This document shows, in pieces, positions 45,545 to 58,059 of a DNA stretch of 64,000 bases (position 1 is the stretch's first letter; each line of letters opens with the position of its first letter). The DNA comes from Candidatus Eiseniibacteriota bacterium (GTDB lineage Bacteria; Eisenbacteria; RBG-16-71-46), in contig DASXTP010000102.1 in assembly GCA_036505355.1 (NCBI GenBank), positions 84-64,083 on the forward strand, given 5' to 3'. A program made the position numbers and the translations under genes. The notes beneath the pieces are model-generated. The model was not told the DNA's origin. It searched no databases and saw only the letters and a list, made by a program, of their open reading frames with translations.

Positions 45545-45566
45545 CGGCGCGGTCGATGCCGCGCCG
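45545..45566 (-). terminator. Hairpin immediately after the rpoD stop codon
   Basis: 8-bp GC stem (CGGCGCGG / CCGCGCCG) with a 6-nt loop. No U-tract. Confidence 0.3.
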
Positions 45567-45569
45567 CCG

Positions 45570-47408
<1,839 letters not shown>

Positions 47409-47412
47409 GGAT

Positions 47413-49176
47413 TCACGCGCTCAGTTCGCGAAGTGACCGTGCGATCTCGTCGATTTCGTGCATCAGCCGGGCCGCTTCGGCGTCCTCCACCGGCTGCTTC
47501 AGTCGATTCGTGCGTTCCTTCAACTCCTGCCGTAGCCGGCGCTCCACCAGCCGCTGCGCCGCCCCATGGACCACCGCCGTCCAGTCGATCCGCTCCGAGC
47601 CGGACGTGATCAGCTCGCGAGCCAGCGAGGCGGCGGGCTCCTGGTCGGGCAGTCCCGACTCGCCGCCCCACAGCCACGTCGCCAGCGACCGGCCGGCCGG
47701 ATCGCGAAAGTCCTCCGGGCTCACCCGTCCGCGGACTTCGGCCAGAACCCCTGGCACCCGCAACAGCCCTTGGAGCAGCGTCCGTTCCGGTCCATGTTCG
47801 AGCCGCCGTTGGTCGCGCACCGCGGCTCGCACTGGGGTTTCGATGCTCTCGCCGCCACGCCGTAGCGCCACGGCGCGGATCACGGCCTGTCGATACTCCT
47901 GGTTTTGTCCGCCCAGCACGGCGTCCGCCCGGTTGACGAACGATTCGAAGCGAATCGGATCGGAGATCGCCGTCGCCAGGCGTACCACCGCCTGGAGGGC
48001 CCGCTCGCGGGCCGCCTGTTCCGACTCGCCGGCCACCCGTCCGCCCCGCAGCAGGTGTCGCTGCACGAACTCGACCGGGTCGTAGGCGCCCGAGCGCAGG
48101 GCCCGCCAGCCGTCGGCCCCGCGGGTGCGCACCAGCGTGTCCGGGTCCTGGCCCTCCGGCAGATCCACCACCACCACGTCGAGCCCTTCGGCGAGCAAGA
48201 CCCCCAGCGAGCGCATCATGGCCTCGCGCCCCGCCGCGTCCCCGTCGTAGGTGAGGGCGACGCGCGCGACCTGCCGTTTGAGGATGCGCGCCTGCTCCAG
48301 CGTGAGCGCGGTCCCCGAGGTCGCCACCGTGTGCGTGAGGCCGGCCTGGTGGAGCGCGATGGCGTCGAAATAGCCCTCCACGATGATCAGCTCGCCGTCT
48401 GCGCCCACCGCGCGCCGCGCCTGCTCGAGCGCGAACAGGAACGAGCCCTTGTGATACACCGGGATCTCGGGCGAGTTGAGGTACTTGGGGGTTTCGTCTC
48501 CCAGCGCACGAGCGCCGAAGCCGACCACCGCGCCGCCGGGGGTCACCAGGGGGATCATCAGTCGATTGCGGAACCGGTCGTACCAACCGCTCCGCCCGGC
48601 GCTCCCCGGATCACGCCGCAGCGCCAAGCCCGCCTGGACCAGAAGCTCCCCCGAGACCCGACCGCCGAGCCGCTGGACCAGGTTCGCCCAGCCGTCCGGC
48701 GCCAAGCCCAGACGGAAGCGGCTGATCGTGTCGGTCGAGAGGCCGCGGCTTTCCAGGTAGCGGCGCGCCGCGAGCCCGCGCTGCGGATCCTCCAGCCACT
48801 GCACGTAGGCGCATGCCGCCCGCTCGAGCACATCGAGCAACGGCGCCCGCACGCCAGCCTCACCGGCGCGCCGCTCCGGAACCGGAATCCCGGCGCGGCG
48901 ACTCAGCAGCTCGACCGCCTCGAGGAAGCTCACCTTCTCGGTCTCCTGGACGAATCGGAACACGTCACCGCCGGCCTTGCAGCCGTGACAGTGGTAGAGT
49001 TGCCGCTCGGGGCTGACCGAGAACGACGGGGTCTTCTCGGCGTGAAACGGGCACAGCCCGACCCAGCTCCGGCCCGCCCGCTTGAGCTGGATGCTCTGGC
49101 CGACCAGCTCCACCAGGTCGCTCGCGGCGCGCACGCGCTCCACCCAATCGTCCGAGGGGCGCGCGCCCTGGGGCAT
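47413..49176 (-). CDS. dnaG: DNA primase
   Basis: Start at ATG 49176. Zinc finger [30 protein letters not shown], Toprim [12 protein letters not shown]. The track ORF N-terminal extension is discarded. Confidence 0.9.
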   Translation of the reverse strand: MPQGARPSDDWVERVRAASDLVELVGQSIQLKRAGRSWVGLCPFHAEKTPSFSVSPERQLYHCHGCKAGGDVFRFVQETEKVSFLEAVELLSRRAGIPVPERRAGEAGVRAPLLDVLERAACAYVQWLEDPQRGLAARRYLESRGLSTDTISRFRLGLAPDGWANLVQRLGGRVSGELLVQAGLALRRDPGSAGRSGWYDRFRNRLMIPLVTPGGAVVGFGARALGDETPKYLNSPEIPVYHKGSFLFALEQARRAVGADGELIIVEGYFDAIALHQAGLTHTVATSGTALTLEQARILKRQVARVALTYDGDAAGREAMMRSLGVLLAEGLDVVVVDLPEGQDPDTLVRTRGADGWRALRSGAYDPVEFVQRHLLRGGRVAGESEQAARERALQAVVRLATAISDPIRFESFVNRADAVLGGQNQEYRQAVIRAVALRRGGESIETPVRAAVRDQRRLEHGPERTLLQGLLRVPGVLAEVRGRVSPEDFRDPAGRSLATWLWGGESGLPDQEPAASLARELITSGSERIDWTAVVHGAAQRLVERRLRQELKERTNRLKQPVEDAEAARLMHEIDEIARSLRELSA

Positions 49177-49193
49177 CGTCCGAGCCCGCACGG

Positions 49194-51551
49194 CTAGCAC
49201 AGCCTCGCCACGGTCACGCCCCGACCGCCCTCCCCGACCCGTCCCAGGCGCTGCTCGGCCACCTGAGGATGGCTCCGCAGGTGTCGCTCCACCGCCGCTC
49301 GCAACACGCCCCGCCCGATCCCGTGCACGACCCGCAGCTCGGCGAGCCCGGCCAGCATGGCGCGGTCGAGCCCGCGATCCAGCTGCGCCAGCGCCTCGTC
49401 GGCTTCCAGTCCCCGCAGATCCACCTGGATTGGCGGCGCCTCCTCGGGCACCGACCACTGGCCGTTCAGCGGCTGTGTCGTGGCCGGTCCGCCGCGGCCC
49501 GCGGCCAGCCGGCCGACCCGGCTCTGAATGGTGAAGCCGCCGCGCCGCAGCTGGACCCGCCCCTCGGCGTCCGGACCGCTCGCCACCTGGGCTTCGACGC
49601 CCAGGTCGATCACTCGCACCCAGCGGCCCGGCGCGAGCTCCTCGGCGCGCAGCGGGGCCAGATCCCTTGGCTCGGCGTCCGGCCCCCCGGACAGGTCCTC
49701 CGTCGCCCGTTCGATCCGCGTCATCTCGGCCTTGAGGTCAGCCGGCTCGTTCCGGGCGCGGGCCTCGCGGCGCGCCTCACGCTGCATCGTCTGCCACAGC
49801 TCGCGCGCCCGCGCCAACACGGCCTCGCTCTCGCGCGTGAGTCGTCGCCGCTCCGCCGCCAGCTCGCGGCGCGATGATTCCACCGCTTCGCGATGTCGCT
49901 CCGCCTCGGCCGTGGCGTCGATCCGCGCCTGCTCCAAGGCCGCGGCCTCGTCGCGGTGGCGGCGGACCGCCTCGGCCATGTCCGCCGTGAGACGCTCGAG
50001 CAGCTGCGTCGACTCCGGCGTCAGCGCGCGCGCTCGACCGAGCAACGCCGCCGGGAACCCCAGCCGCTCGGCGACCGCGAGGGCGTGGCTCGCACCCGGG
50101 ACGCCCCCCAGGAAACGGAACCGCGGTGTCAGGGTCTTGAGGTCGAACTCCAGGGAGCCGTTCACCAGCCCCGGCACCTCGCCGCTCAACCGCTTGAGCG
50201 TCGTCAGGTGCGTGGTCACCACACCCCACGCCCCACGCCGCGCGAAGTGCTCCACCAGGGCGCGGGCCAACGCCCCTCCTTCCTCGGGGTCGGTCCCGGC
50301 TCCCAGCTCGTCGCACAGCAGGACCGCCATCGGGCCTGCCGCATCGGCCATTCGCGCCAGCACCGCCAGGTGGGCCGCGAAGCTGGAAAGGCCCTCTTCC
50401 AACGATTGGGGATCGCCCAGGTCCACCATCAAGTCCCGAATCTCGGGCAGCGTGCTGTCCTCGCCAGCCGGCACCGGGAACGCGGCGTGGCTCAGGGCGA
50501 GGGCAAGCCCGACGGTCTTGAGCAGCACGGTCTTGCCGCCCATGTTGGGACCGCTCACGATCAGCAGGCGACCGCCGGCCCCGAGGCCCAGCTCGAGGTC
50601 GAGCGGGATCACCGCCTGATTCGCGCCGGCTCGTGCCGCCAGCAGCGGGTGACGAGCCGTCCGAAGTCGCAGGTGGTCGCCCCCCGGAGTCAGCGCCACC
50701 GCACCCAATACCCGGGCCCATCGCGCGCGGGCACGGAGCGTGTCCAAGTGGATAAGCGTGGCTTCGAGGTCGACCAGCATCCCGTGTCCGGCGGCCACGG
50801 CGGCCGCGAGCTCGCCTAGCACCCGCCGTTCCTCCAGCGCCGCGGCGGCGCGCAGTTCGATCAGGCGGTTGTTCTCGCCGCACGACTCGAGCGGCTCGAC
50901 CAGCAGCGAGCGCCCACTGTTGGACACGTCGTGGACGATGCCGCGCCGGCGCGGGAACGAGTCCGCCGGCACCATGGCCACGAAGCGGTCGACGTGGCGC
51001 GTGACGTAGGCTTCGGCGCCGAAGCGCTGGGCCCAGCGCTCGAGCTGAACTCCGAGACGTCGCTCGCCTTCGGTCAGCTCGCGGCGCAAACGCCGCAGCA
51101 GGGGAGAGGCCGCGTCCTGGACCGCTCCGTCGTCGTCCAGTGCCGCGGTAAGCTGCTCGCGCAAGCCCCTCGGCTGGCGCAGCTCTGCCACGCGCGCCGC
51201 CAGTCGCGGAAAGCGTTTCTGGCGCGCGGGATCGTCCCACGCCGCGACCGCGGCGGTGGCGGCGTCCAACCACCGTCGCACCTCCACCAACCCCCGGCCG
51301 TCGAGTCCCTCGACCGCCTCCCTTTCGAACACCTCCCGCAGCGAGCCCGGTCCGACGAAGCACCACTCTCCCGGCTCGTCGGTACACCGGATCGCCTCCC
51401 GGAGCCGCTCGATCTCGACTTCGCGCTCGGCGCGGTCCGCCATCGGCCGCCACTTGAGCAGAGCCTGGCGGGCGCCGTCCGACTCGGCGCGGTCGGCGAC
51501 CGCGGCAGTGACCTGGAAGAACTCGATCAGGTCGAGGGACCGATCGTCCAC
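49194..51551 (-). CDS. mutS2: Endonuclease MutS2 (MutS domain V ATPase plus C-terminal Smr)
   Basis: Walker A GPNMGGKTVLLKTVG. Smr domain VDLRGLEADEALAQLDRGLD...VVHGIGRGVLR. Start taken at GTG 51551 (VDDRSLDLIEF) downstream of the cvpA stop; the start is uncertain. Confidence 0.85.
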   Translation of the reverse strand: MDDRSLDLIEFFQVTAAVADRAESDGARQALLKWRPMADRAEREVEIERLREAIRCTDEPGEWCFVGPGSLREVFEREAVEGLDGRGLVEVRRWLDAATAAVAAWDDPARQKRFPRLAARVAELRQPRGLREQLTAALDDDGAVQDAASPLLRRLRRELTEGERRLGVQLERWAQRFGAEAYVTRHVDRFVAMVPADSFPRRRGIVHDVSNSGRSLLVEPLESCGENNRLIELRAAAALEERRVLGELAAAVAAGHGMLVDLEATLIHLDTLRARARWARVLGAVALTPGGDHLRLRTARHPLLAARAGANQAVIPLDLELGLGAGGRLLIVSGPNMGGKTVLLKTVGLALALSHAAFPVPAGEDSTLPEIRDLMVDLGDPQSLEEGLSSFAAHLAVLARMADAAGPMAVLLCDELGAGTDPEEGGALARALVEHFARRGAWGVVTTHLTTLKRLSGEVPGLVNGSLEFDLKTLTPRFRFLGGVPGASHALAVAERLGFPAALLGRARALTPESTQLLERLTADMAEAVRRHRDEAAALEQARIDATAEAERHREAVESSRRELAAERRRLTRESEAVLARARELWQTMQREARREARARNEPADLKAEMTRIERATEDLSGGPDAEPRDLAPLRAEELAPGRWVRVIDLGVEAQVASGPDAEGRVQLRRGGFTIQSRVGRLAAGRGGPATTQPLNGQWSVPEEAPPIQVDLRGLEADEALAQLDRGLDRAMLAGLAELRVVHGIGRGVLRAAVERHLRSHPQVAEQRLGRVGEGGRGVTVARLC

Positions 51552-51622
51552 GCTGCCTTCGTCCGGTGCCGCTTGTTGGCCGACGGGCGTCGCGGAAGCC
51601 GAATCGGTGAGGTTTGGACGGA

Positions 51623-52186
51623 TCAGGACTGCACCCTCTTGTTGCGCGCGGCGCGCGCTCGCTTCTCGGCCTTGAGGAAACCACGCCTGAGCCACGTGCT
51701 GCCGGGCAAGAAGCGCCCGCCGAGCGAACAAGCCTCAGCACCCCCCCGCATCAGGGGAACCACCACCCGGGTGCGCGCTACGGTATCGCCCAGCTCCCGC
51801 GCCGGCTTCAGCGCCAGCGCGGTCATCAGCACCAACGCCGTCACCACCGCCCCCAGCGTCGCCCCGACCGCGAACCCCGCGCCGCGATCGAGCCACCCGG
51901 CCGGGCCCGACTTGACCACCGCCCCCAAACGATCACCCCACCACTGGATCAGGGCCGCCACGGCCAGGCCCCCCAACCCAGCGACCACCCAGCGCAATGC
52001 AAGAAACGCCAGGGCCGGCTCTGCGCCTCGCCAATGCGCCGCGAGCCAGTGCCAAACCCAGCCCCCCGCCCAGGCTCCGAACAGCAGACCCAACACAACA
52101 AAAACCTGCGCGACCGTGCCGCGCAGGAATCCGTGGATCGCAAAAACCAGAATGAGGACCAGGATGCCCCAGTCCAGCCAGGTCAT
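51623..52186 (-). CDS. cvpA: CvpA-family membrane protein
   Basis: MTWLDWGILVLILVFAIHGFLRG, four hydrophobic helices, 187 aa. Confidence 0.7.
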   Translation of the reverse strand: MTWLDWGILVLILVFAIHGFLRGTVAQVFVVLGLLFGAWAGGWVWHWLAAHWRGAEPALAFLALRWVVAGLGGLAVAALIQWWGDRLGAVVKSGPAGWLDRGAGFAVGATLGAVVTALVLMTALALKPARELGDTVARTRVVVPLMRGGAEACSLGGRFLPGSTWLRRGFLKAEKRARAARNKRVQS

Positions 52187-52209
52187 GCCGAATCCCGGAT
52201 CCAGGTCCG

Positions 52210-52401
52210 CTAGCTCTCCTGACGACGGGCCAAGTTCTTCCGCTTGGCTGCGTTCAGCTTGCGCTTGCGCCGCTCGCTCGGCTTCTCGAAGTGCTGATGG
52301 CGTCGCAAGTCAGCCAGGATACCTGCCTTTTCACACTTCTTTTTGAAACGACGCAGGGCGCTTTCGAAGGACTCCCCTTCCTTCACCCTGATGCCCGGCA
52401 A
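52210..52401 (-). CDS. rpsU: 30S ribosomal protein S21
   Basis: [48 protein letters not shown]. Confidence 0.9.
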   Translation of the reverse strand: MPGIRVKEGESFESALRRFKKKCEKAGILADLRRHQHFEKPSERRKRKLNAAKRKNLARRQES

Positions 52402-52536
52402 TAATTCTCCCCCCCTCCACTCAAATGCTCCGATTGGATCAATGGTCCAGAGGTGTGCACCGCCATGAATCAGATGCGCCGTGGGGTGATAGGGCGCAAA
52501 GTGGCACCAAGAGTTTATGGCCGCTGGCGCGGTCCG

Positions 52537-53277
52537 TCAAGCGGAGGTGGGACGAGCAGCCGGCGCGGCCAACACGCCAAAGGACCACCAGCTGGCCCAG
52601 GCCAGAGCCGCGGTCTCTGTCCTCAACCGAGCGTCGGACAATCGGATACGGCGAAACTCCAGGTCCGAGAGCTGACTCCGCTCCAATGACGTAAGGCCGG
52701 AGGCTGGGCCCACCAGACCTATGCACTCCCGGCCGTCCGGTCGTTGCCCACCCGCCCACGTCCCCCCTGGATCGGCGAGCCACCGCGTGGCGACTTCCGA
52801 AAGTCTCGAGATTGCCTCCGCAAGCGGGAGCGGGTCAAGGATTTGGAGCAGATGACAGCGCCGGGATTGCTTGAGAGCCGCCACCGCGAGCCTCTGCCAG
52901 CGGTTGATTCGGCCGGCGGAGCGCTCCCAAGCCTCCCGTTCGCAGTCGATGGGCTGGAACTCCGACACTCCGAGCTCTGCCAACTTCTCGACCAACCAAT
53001 CGGCCCGCTGCCCCTCGGGGGCACCGCACAGGACCACGGCCCGCCGATCCTCCGGCCTGTGCTCCAGAGTCTCGATCTCCGCTTCCAGCGGGCGCCCCGG
53101 GGTCAATCGCGCCGAGGCGAGCCACCCGCGTCCATCTGTGACCGTGACCCGATCTCCCGCTCGTGCCCGGCAGACACGCGCCAGATACCGGATCTCGGAC
53201 TCCGGCAGCTCGAGCCGGCCACCCGGCTTGCAGAGCTCCGGCACCCAAACGAACGAAGGAGCGGCGTCAGCCGGCAA
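52537..53277 (-). CDS. rsmE: 16S rRNA (uracil1498-N3)-methyltransferase
   Basis: RYLARVCRARAGDRVTVTDGRG PUA-like N-terminus and a SPOUT-like C-terminus GPASGLT..E. Classic position next to dnaJ. Confidence 0.75.
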   Translation of the reverse strand: MPADAAPSFVWVPELCKPGGRLELPESEIRYLARVCRARAGDRVTVTDGRGWLASARLTPGRPLEAEIETLEHRPEDRRAVVLCGAPEGQRADWLVEKLAELGVSEFQPIDCEREAWERSAGRINRWQRLAVAALKQSRRCHLLQILDPLPLAEAISRLSEVATRWLADPGGTWAGGQRPDGRECIGLVGPASGLTSLERSQLSDLEFRRIRLSDARLRTETAALAWASWWSFGVLAAPAARPTSA

Positions 53278-54415
53278 AGGCGTCCTTCACCCGCTCGAAC
53301 AGGCCGCGTCCTGGACGCGGCGGCTTCATGCCCTCGCTCTTGCCCAGCTCCTCCAGCAACTTGCGCTCGGATGCGCCGAGCTTCGGTGGCACCCAGACGA
53401 TCAAGTGTACCCTGAGGTCGCCGGTTCCGCCGTGCAGACCGGGCAGGCCCCTTCCCTTGAGCCGCTGGGTCCGGCCACCGGGGGTGCCGGCCGGCACGTC
53501 GAGTGCCGCTGGGCCATCGAGCGTGGGCACCTCGATACGTCCGCCGAGGGCCAATGTAACGAAGCTGATCGGCATCTCGAGCAACAGGTCGTTGCCGTCG
53601 CGCTCGAACAGCGGATGCGGCTTCTCCTCGATCAGCGCGATCAAGTCTCCGTTCGGTCCGCCCCGCGGGCCCGCGTCTCCCATGCCGCGCAGTGGGATGA
53701 AGTTGCCGCTCGCGACGCCCCGCGGGACACGCACCGAGATCGTTTCGGTCTCGGGGACCCGACCGTCCCCGCCGCAGGTGCGGCATGCCTCGCGCAAGAT
53801 ACGCCCCTCCCCACCACACCGGGGACACGGCGAGACGTTCACGAACTGTCCGAAGAACGACTGCTGCACGCGGCGGATCTGGCCTCGGCCTTGGCATTGA
53901 GGGCAGCTCGCTTCGCCGCTGCCGCCCCGCCCACCGCACGTATCACAAGCGCGCTGATGGCGGACGCGAATGCGCTTCTCCACCCCGGTCGCGATCTCCT
54001 CCAGGGTCAGCTTGAGGCGAATCTGCAGGTCATCCCCGCGCGCCGGCCCGCGACCGGTGCCGGCCCCAGCGCCGAACCAATCCTCGAAGCCACGGAAGTC
54101 GCCGCCGAAGTCGCGCATGAAGGCGCGCAGCGCGTCGGCCAAGTCGAAGCCGCTGAAGTCGAAGCCGCCGGCGCCGGTGCCGGCCCCGGACCCCACGCCC
54201 GCGTGCCCATACTGGTCGTAGCGCGCACGCTTCTGCGGGTCGCGCAGGATCTCGTAGGCTTCGGTCGCTTCCTTGAACCGATCCTCGGCTTCCTTGTCCC
54301 CGGGGTTGCGGTCGGGATGGTTCTCGAAAGCGATCTTGCGGTAGGCCTTCTTGATCTCCTCGTCGCCGGCTTGGCGCTGGACCCCCAGGACTTCGTAATA
54401 GTCGCGTCGCGGCAT
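53267..54415 (-). CDS. dnaJ: Chaperone DnaJ
   Basis: J-domain DYYEVLGV..HPDRN. Four CxxCxGxG repeats: CDTCGGRG, CPQCQGRG, CPRCGGEG, CRTCGGDG. Confidence 0.9.
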   Translation of the reverse strand: MPRRDYYEVLGVQRQAGDEEIKKAYRKIAFENHPDRNPGDKEAEDRFKEATEAYEILRDPQKRARYDQYGHAGVGSGAGTGAGGFDFSGFDLADALRAFMRDFGGDFRGFEDWFGAGAGTGRGPARGDDLQIRLKLTLEEIATGVEKRIRVRHQRACDTCGGRGGSGEASCPQCQGRGQIRRVQQSFFGQFVNVSPCPRCGGEGRILREACRTCGGDGRVPETETISVRVPRGVASGNFIPLRGMGDAGPRGGPNGDLIALIEEKPHPLFERDGNDLLLEMPISFVTLALGGRIEVPTLDGPAALDVPAGTPGGRTQRLKGRGLPGLHGGTGDLRVHLIVWVPPKLGASERKLLEELGKSEGMKPPRPGRGLFERVKDAFAG

Positions 54416-55066
54416 CTAGAGGTCGCTCCGCGTAGCGCCGCGGGCCACCACGACCCGTGCCGCGCGCAGCGGGCGCTCGCCCCGCCGGTACCCCTTGCGC
54501 GCCACCTGCACCACGCTGCCGGGTGTAGCGCCGTCCGGGGCATCCACCTCCAGAATCGCCTCGTGGAGGGCCGGATCGAAGGCTTGGCCCTTCGGGTCCA
54601 CCGGGACCACGCCCTCGCGCCGTAGGTAGTCCAGCGCACGGTTCACCACCAGGCTCACGCCCTGTACCCAGGGCTCCGGCGCTCCCGCCTGGCGCGCCGA
54701 GTCGAGCGCCCGCTCCAGATCGTCGACCATGCCGATGAGCTCGAGCAGGACCGCCTCCTCAGCCGCGCGACGTACCAGCTCGGACTCCCGCTGCGCCCGA
54801 CGACGGTAGTTCTGCAAGTCGGCCTCGGCCCTCAGCCAGCGATCCTTGTAGTCGATCGGCAGTTCGGCCGGCTCGCGGTCGACCGGCGGCGCCGCGGCCC
54901 CGGTCGCCCCGCCCTCTTCCTCCCAGCGGGAGACGCTTGCGGGCCCTTCGAGCGCCGGCGCCTCGCCGGCCCCGCCCACCACCGGGTCGTCGTTCGGCTC
55001 CGTGGCCATGGGCTCGGCCGGGGTCCGATCGGCAGGCTCGCGCATCTCGTGGATCTTGGATTTCAC
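54416..55066 (-). CDS. grpE: Nucleotide exchange factor GrpE
   Basis: RLRAEADLQNYRRRAQRE and C-terminal VVQVARKGYRRGERPLRAARVVV. Confidence 0.9.
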   Translation of the reverse strand: MKSKIHEMREPADRTPAEPMATEPNDDPVVGGAGEAPALEGPASVSRWEEEGGATGAAAPPVDREPAELPIDYKDRWLRAEADLQNYRRRAQRESELVRRAAEEAVLLELIGMVDDLERALDSARQAGAPEPWVQGVSLVVNRALDYLRREGVVPVDPKGQAFDPALHEAILEVDAPDGATPGSVVQVARKGYRRGERPLRAARVVVARGATRSDL

Positions 55067-55094
55067 GTCGTGTCCTCGCTCCGTACCCGGCCGG

Positions 55095-56135
55095 TCACAG
55101 GTATTCCGCTACCCGGCTGCCCACCGCTTCGACCAGGGCAATGACCCGCGCGTAGTCCATGCGCATCGGTCCCAGCACTCCGACCGCCAGTCGGATCGCA
55201 CCCGGCAGCGCGTAGCTGACCAGGCTGCACCCGCTCAAGGCCTGGTCTTCATCCACGGACACCCGGACCGCCGGCTGTCCCTCGACGCCCTCCACCATCA
55301 GCCGGCTCAGCGGCGGCCCAGTCTCCACCACGCGGAGCAACGGCTCCAACCGCCGGCTGTCGGCGAACTCCGGCTGGGCCGCGATGTTCCCGGCCCCGGC
55401 ACTGAACAACGCCGGGGTCGGCTGCCGGTTCCAGCCACTGCGGGCCGCCTGGGCCACGATCCGCACTGCCGTGTCCCGGGCCAGCATCGGGTCGGACCCC
55501 AACGCCACGCGCACCCGAGACATGTCCAGGCCAATCAGCCGCTCACGCAGCACCGCCGCCGCCTCGCCGAGCTCGCTGCGACCGAGCGGGCTCTCCAGCT
55601 CCAGCACCACGGTGCGCACCACGCCCCCGCCCAGGCTCAGCACCAGCAGGGCGCGCCCTGGATCGAGCGGCGCCAGCTCCAAGTTGGCGACCTTCTCACG
55701 GTCGAGCGAGGCGGCCACCGCCAGGCCGAGCTGGCGGGTGAGGCTCGAAAGCAGCCGCGACGCCTCGGCGAGCAGCTGCTCGACGTCGTGGGTCGACCGC
55801 CTGAGCCGCTCGTCGACCTCGCTCAGCAGCTCGCCCGGGATCTCGGCCGGCGTCAGCTCGGTGCGCACGTAGAAGGCGTAGCCCGAGGGGCTCGGCCAGC
55901 GTCCGGAGGAAGGGTGCTCCCGGGTCACCAGCCCCATCGCCTCGAGCTCCGCCAAGGCACTTCGGATGCTCGCCGACGACCAACGGATTCGGCGGAGCCG
56001 GCCTACGGCCTCCGAGCTCACGGGACGAGCGCTCTGGCCGTAGAGCTCCAGCAGACTCATGAAGATCTGCCGTTGTCGCTCGGTGAGGTCGGGATCGCTC
56101 CGCGCCACTCCGCCCGGAAACGCCGGTTGAGACAT
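55095..56135 (-). CDS. hrcA: Heat-inducible transcription repressor HrcA
   Basis: LTERQRQIFMSLLELY wHTH N-terminus; 346 aa; classic position upstream of grpE. Confidence 0.9.
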   Translation of the reverse strand: MSQPAFPGGVARSDPDLTERQRQIFMSLLELYGQSARPVSSEAVGRLRRIRWSSASIRSALAELEAMGLVTREHPSSGRWPSPSGYAFYVRTELTPAEIPGELLSEVDERLRRSTHDVEQLLAEASRLLSSLTRQLGLAVAASLDREKVANLELAPLDPGRALLVLSLGGGVVRTVVLELESPLGRSELGEAAAVLRERLIGLDMSRVRVALGSDPMLARDTAVRIVAQAARSGWNRQPTPALFSAGAGNIAAQPEFADSRRLEPLLRVVETGPPLSRLMVEGVEGQPAVRVSVDEDQALSGCSLVSYALPGAIRLAVGVLGPMRMDYARVIALVEAVGSRVAEYL

Positions 56136-56158
56136 GTCGAAGAGGCTACGGAACGCTT

Positions 56159-57418
56159 CTAAGACCTGTCAAATCCGAGCGCGCCTCGGTGCCCGCGTTC
56201 GGCGCTCGCCATCAACCAGGCAATCACGTCGTCGGCTACGAAGCGGTGGCACGCGGCGATCCGAAAACCGAACCGTGTGGCTTCGAGCCGCCCCGAGGCG
56301 ACGGCGCGGGCCAACGCGGCCCCATAGCGGCCGATCACTCCGCGCCAGAGGCGGTCGTCGTGATCGCGGGCGTCCAAACCGCTCGACAGCCTCAGACCCA
56401 GCATCACGATCTCGTCCGCGCTTGACCGTTCGCTCTCGGTCTCGAAGTCCGCGCACTCGCGGCCGTTGGCCAGCGCATCCGCCCAGGCTTCCATCGCGTA
56501 CCGATTGCCGTAGCGCGCCCCTCGCCACAGGCCGTGCGCCGAAGGTCCGAGCCCCACGTACTCACGACGCAGCCAGTACACCAAGTTGTGCCGGCATTCC
56601 TCGTTCGGACGACAGAAATTGGAGGTTTCGTAGCAGCCGTAACCGGCCGCGGCCAGCCGCTCGGTCAAGCCGTGGTAGAGGTCCGCCTCGAGTTCGGGAG
56701 GCGACGCCGGCACCTCCCGCCGATGCACCGCGTCGCCCAGCGGGGTTCCGGGCTCCGGAATGAAGGCGTAGGCGGACAGGTGCTCCGGCTCGAGAGCCAG
56801 CGCCACTTCCACCGTCTCGCCAAAGGAGCGCTCGGTGTGGCCGGGGAAGCCGAACATGAGGTCGAGAGAGACGCGCCGGAAGCCGTGCGCGCGGGCCAGG
56901 GCCATCGCCTGGCCGGGCCGCGCGGCGTCGTGCACGCGGCCGAGCCGGGCCAGCTCGACCGGGTGGAAGCTCTGGACCCCCATCGAGAGGCGGTTCACGC
57001 CGGCGCCGGCCCAGGCTTCGAGCAGCGCCGGCCGCACCGATTCGGGGTTGGCCTCGAGCGTGACCTCGGCCCCGCTCGCGATCTCGAAATGGTCTTCGAG
57101 CAGCCGCCACAGGCGGGCGAAGTGGCGGGCCGCCAGGGCGGACGGCGTGCCGCCGCCGAAGAACACCGAGGTGAACGCGCGACCCTGGGCCGCCGGCGCC
57201 CATCGCGACACTTCGCGTTCGAGTGCCTCGAAGTAGCGCTCGACCTTCGCGGCGGACAGCGAGCCCGACGAGAAATCGCAATACGCGCAGCGCACGGCGC
57301 AAAACGGGACGTGCACGTAGAGCCCGAGTCGAGCCTGGTCGCGCGCTTCGCGGCACGGACCCTCGAGGTCTGCCGGGGTCGCCCGGCCGGGCGGTGAGCC
57401 GGGAGCCGTCTTGAGCAC
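56159..57418 (-). CDS. hemW: Radical SAM heme chaperone HemW / HemN-like
   Basis: YVHVPFCAVRCAYCDF (CxxxCxxC), FFGGGTPS. Start taken at GTG 57418, downstream of the lepB stop. Confidence 0.85.
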   Translation of the reverse strand: MLKTAPGSPPGRATPADLEGPCREARDQARLGLYVHVPFCAVRCAYCDFSSGSLSAAKVERYFEALEREVSRWAPAAQGRAFTSVFFGGGTPSALAARHFARLWRLLEDHFEIASGAEVTLEANPESVRPALLEAWAGAGVNRLSMGVQSFHPVELARLGRVHDAARPGQAMALARAHGFRRVSLDLMFGFPGHTERSFGETVEVALALEPEHLSAYAFIPEPGTPLGDAVHRREVPASPPELEADLYHGLTERLAAAGYGCYETSNFCRPNEECRHNLVYWLRREYVGLGPSAHGLWRGARYGNRYAMEAWADALANGRECADFETESERSSADEIVMLGLRLSSGLDARDHDDRLWRGVIGRYGAALARAVASGRLEATRFGFRIAACHRFVADDVIAWLMASAERGHRGALGFDRS

Positions 57419-57432
57419 CGGGCTCGGCAGGC

Positions 57433-58047
57433 TCAGTGGATCACCTGGAAGATGCGATTCCAACGGGGCCAGTTGCGCTGGCCGTCCCAGGACCAATAGA
57501 GGAACATCGCGTGCCCTTTGACCAGGTCGAGGTCCAGGGTCCCCCAATAGCGGCTATCGTTCGAGTTGTCGCGGTTGTCTCCCATCATGAACAGCTCGCC
57601 CGGCCCGACCGTCTGGGGTCCGAAGTTGTCCCGGTAGTCGTAGCCGGCCGGGCGCACCGATGGGTCGGTGTGGATCACGTACGGCTCCTGCAGGGCCTTG
57701 CCTTCCACCAGCACTTGCTTGTTGCGCACCTCGACCGTCTGCCCACCGGTGGCGATGCAACGTTTGATGAAGTCCTTGCTCGGATCCTGCGGGAACTGGA
57801 ACACGATGACGTCGCGGGTGTGAGGCGGGCGCAGGCCGGGCAGCCGGATGTGCGTGAAGGGGATCTTGGGTCCGTACTCGAACTTGTTCACGAACAGGAA
57901 GTCGCCGACCAGCAGCGTGTCCCGCATCGATTCGCTCGGGATGCGAAAGGCCTGGATGACGAAGGCACGCAGGAACAACGTGAGCGCGAGAGCCCACAAC
58001 GCGGCCTCGAGGTACTCCCGCAGGATGGAACGGGGCTTGCGCGACAT
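57433..58047 (-). CDS. lepB: Signal peptidase I
   Basis: IPSESMRDTL (catalytic Ser box), GDNRDNSNDSRYWG. Confidence 0.9.
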   Translation of the reverse strand: MSRKPRSILREYLEAALWALALTLFLRAFVIQAFRIPSESMRDTLLVGDFLFVNKFEYGPKIPFTHIRLPGLRPPHTRDVIVFQFPQDPSKDFIKRCIATGGQTVEVRNKQVLVEGKALQEPYVIHTDPSVRPAGYDYRDNFGPQTVGPGELFMMGDNRDNSNDSRYWGTLDLDLVKGHAMFLYWSWDGQRNWPRWNRIFQVIH

Positions 58048-58059
58048 GGTTCCCCCTCG

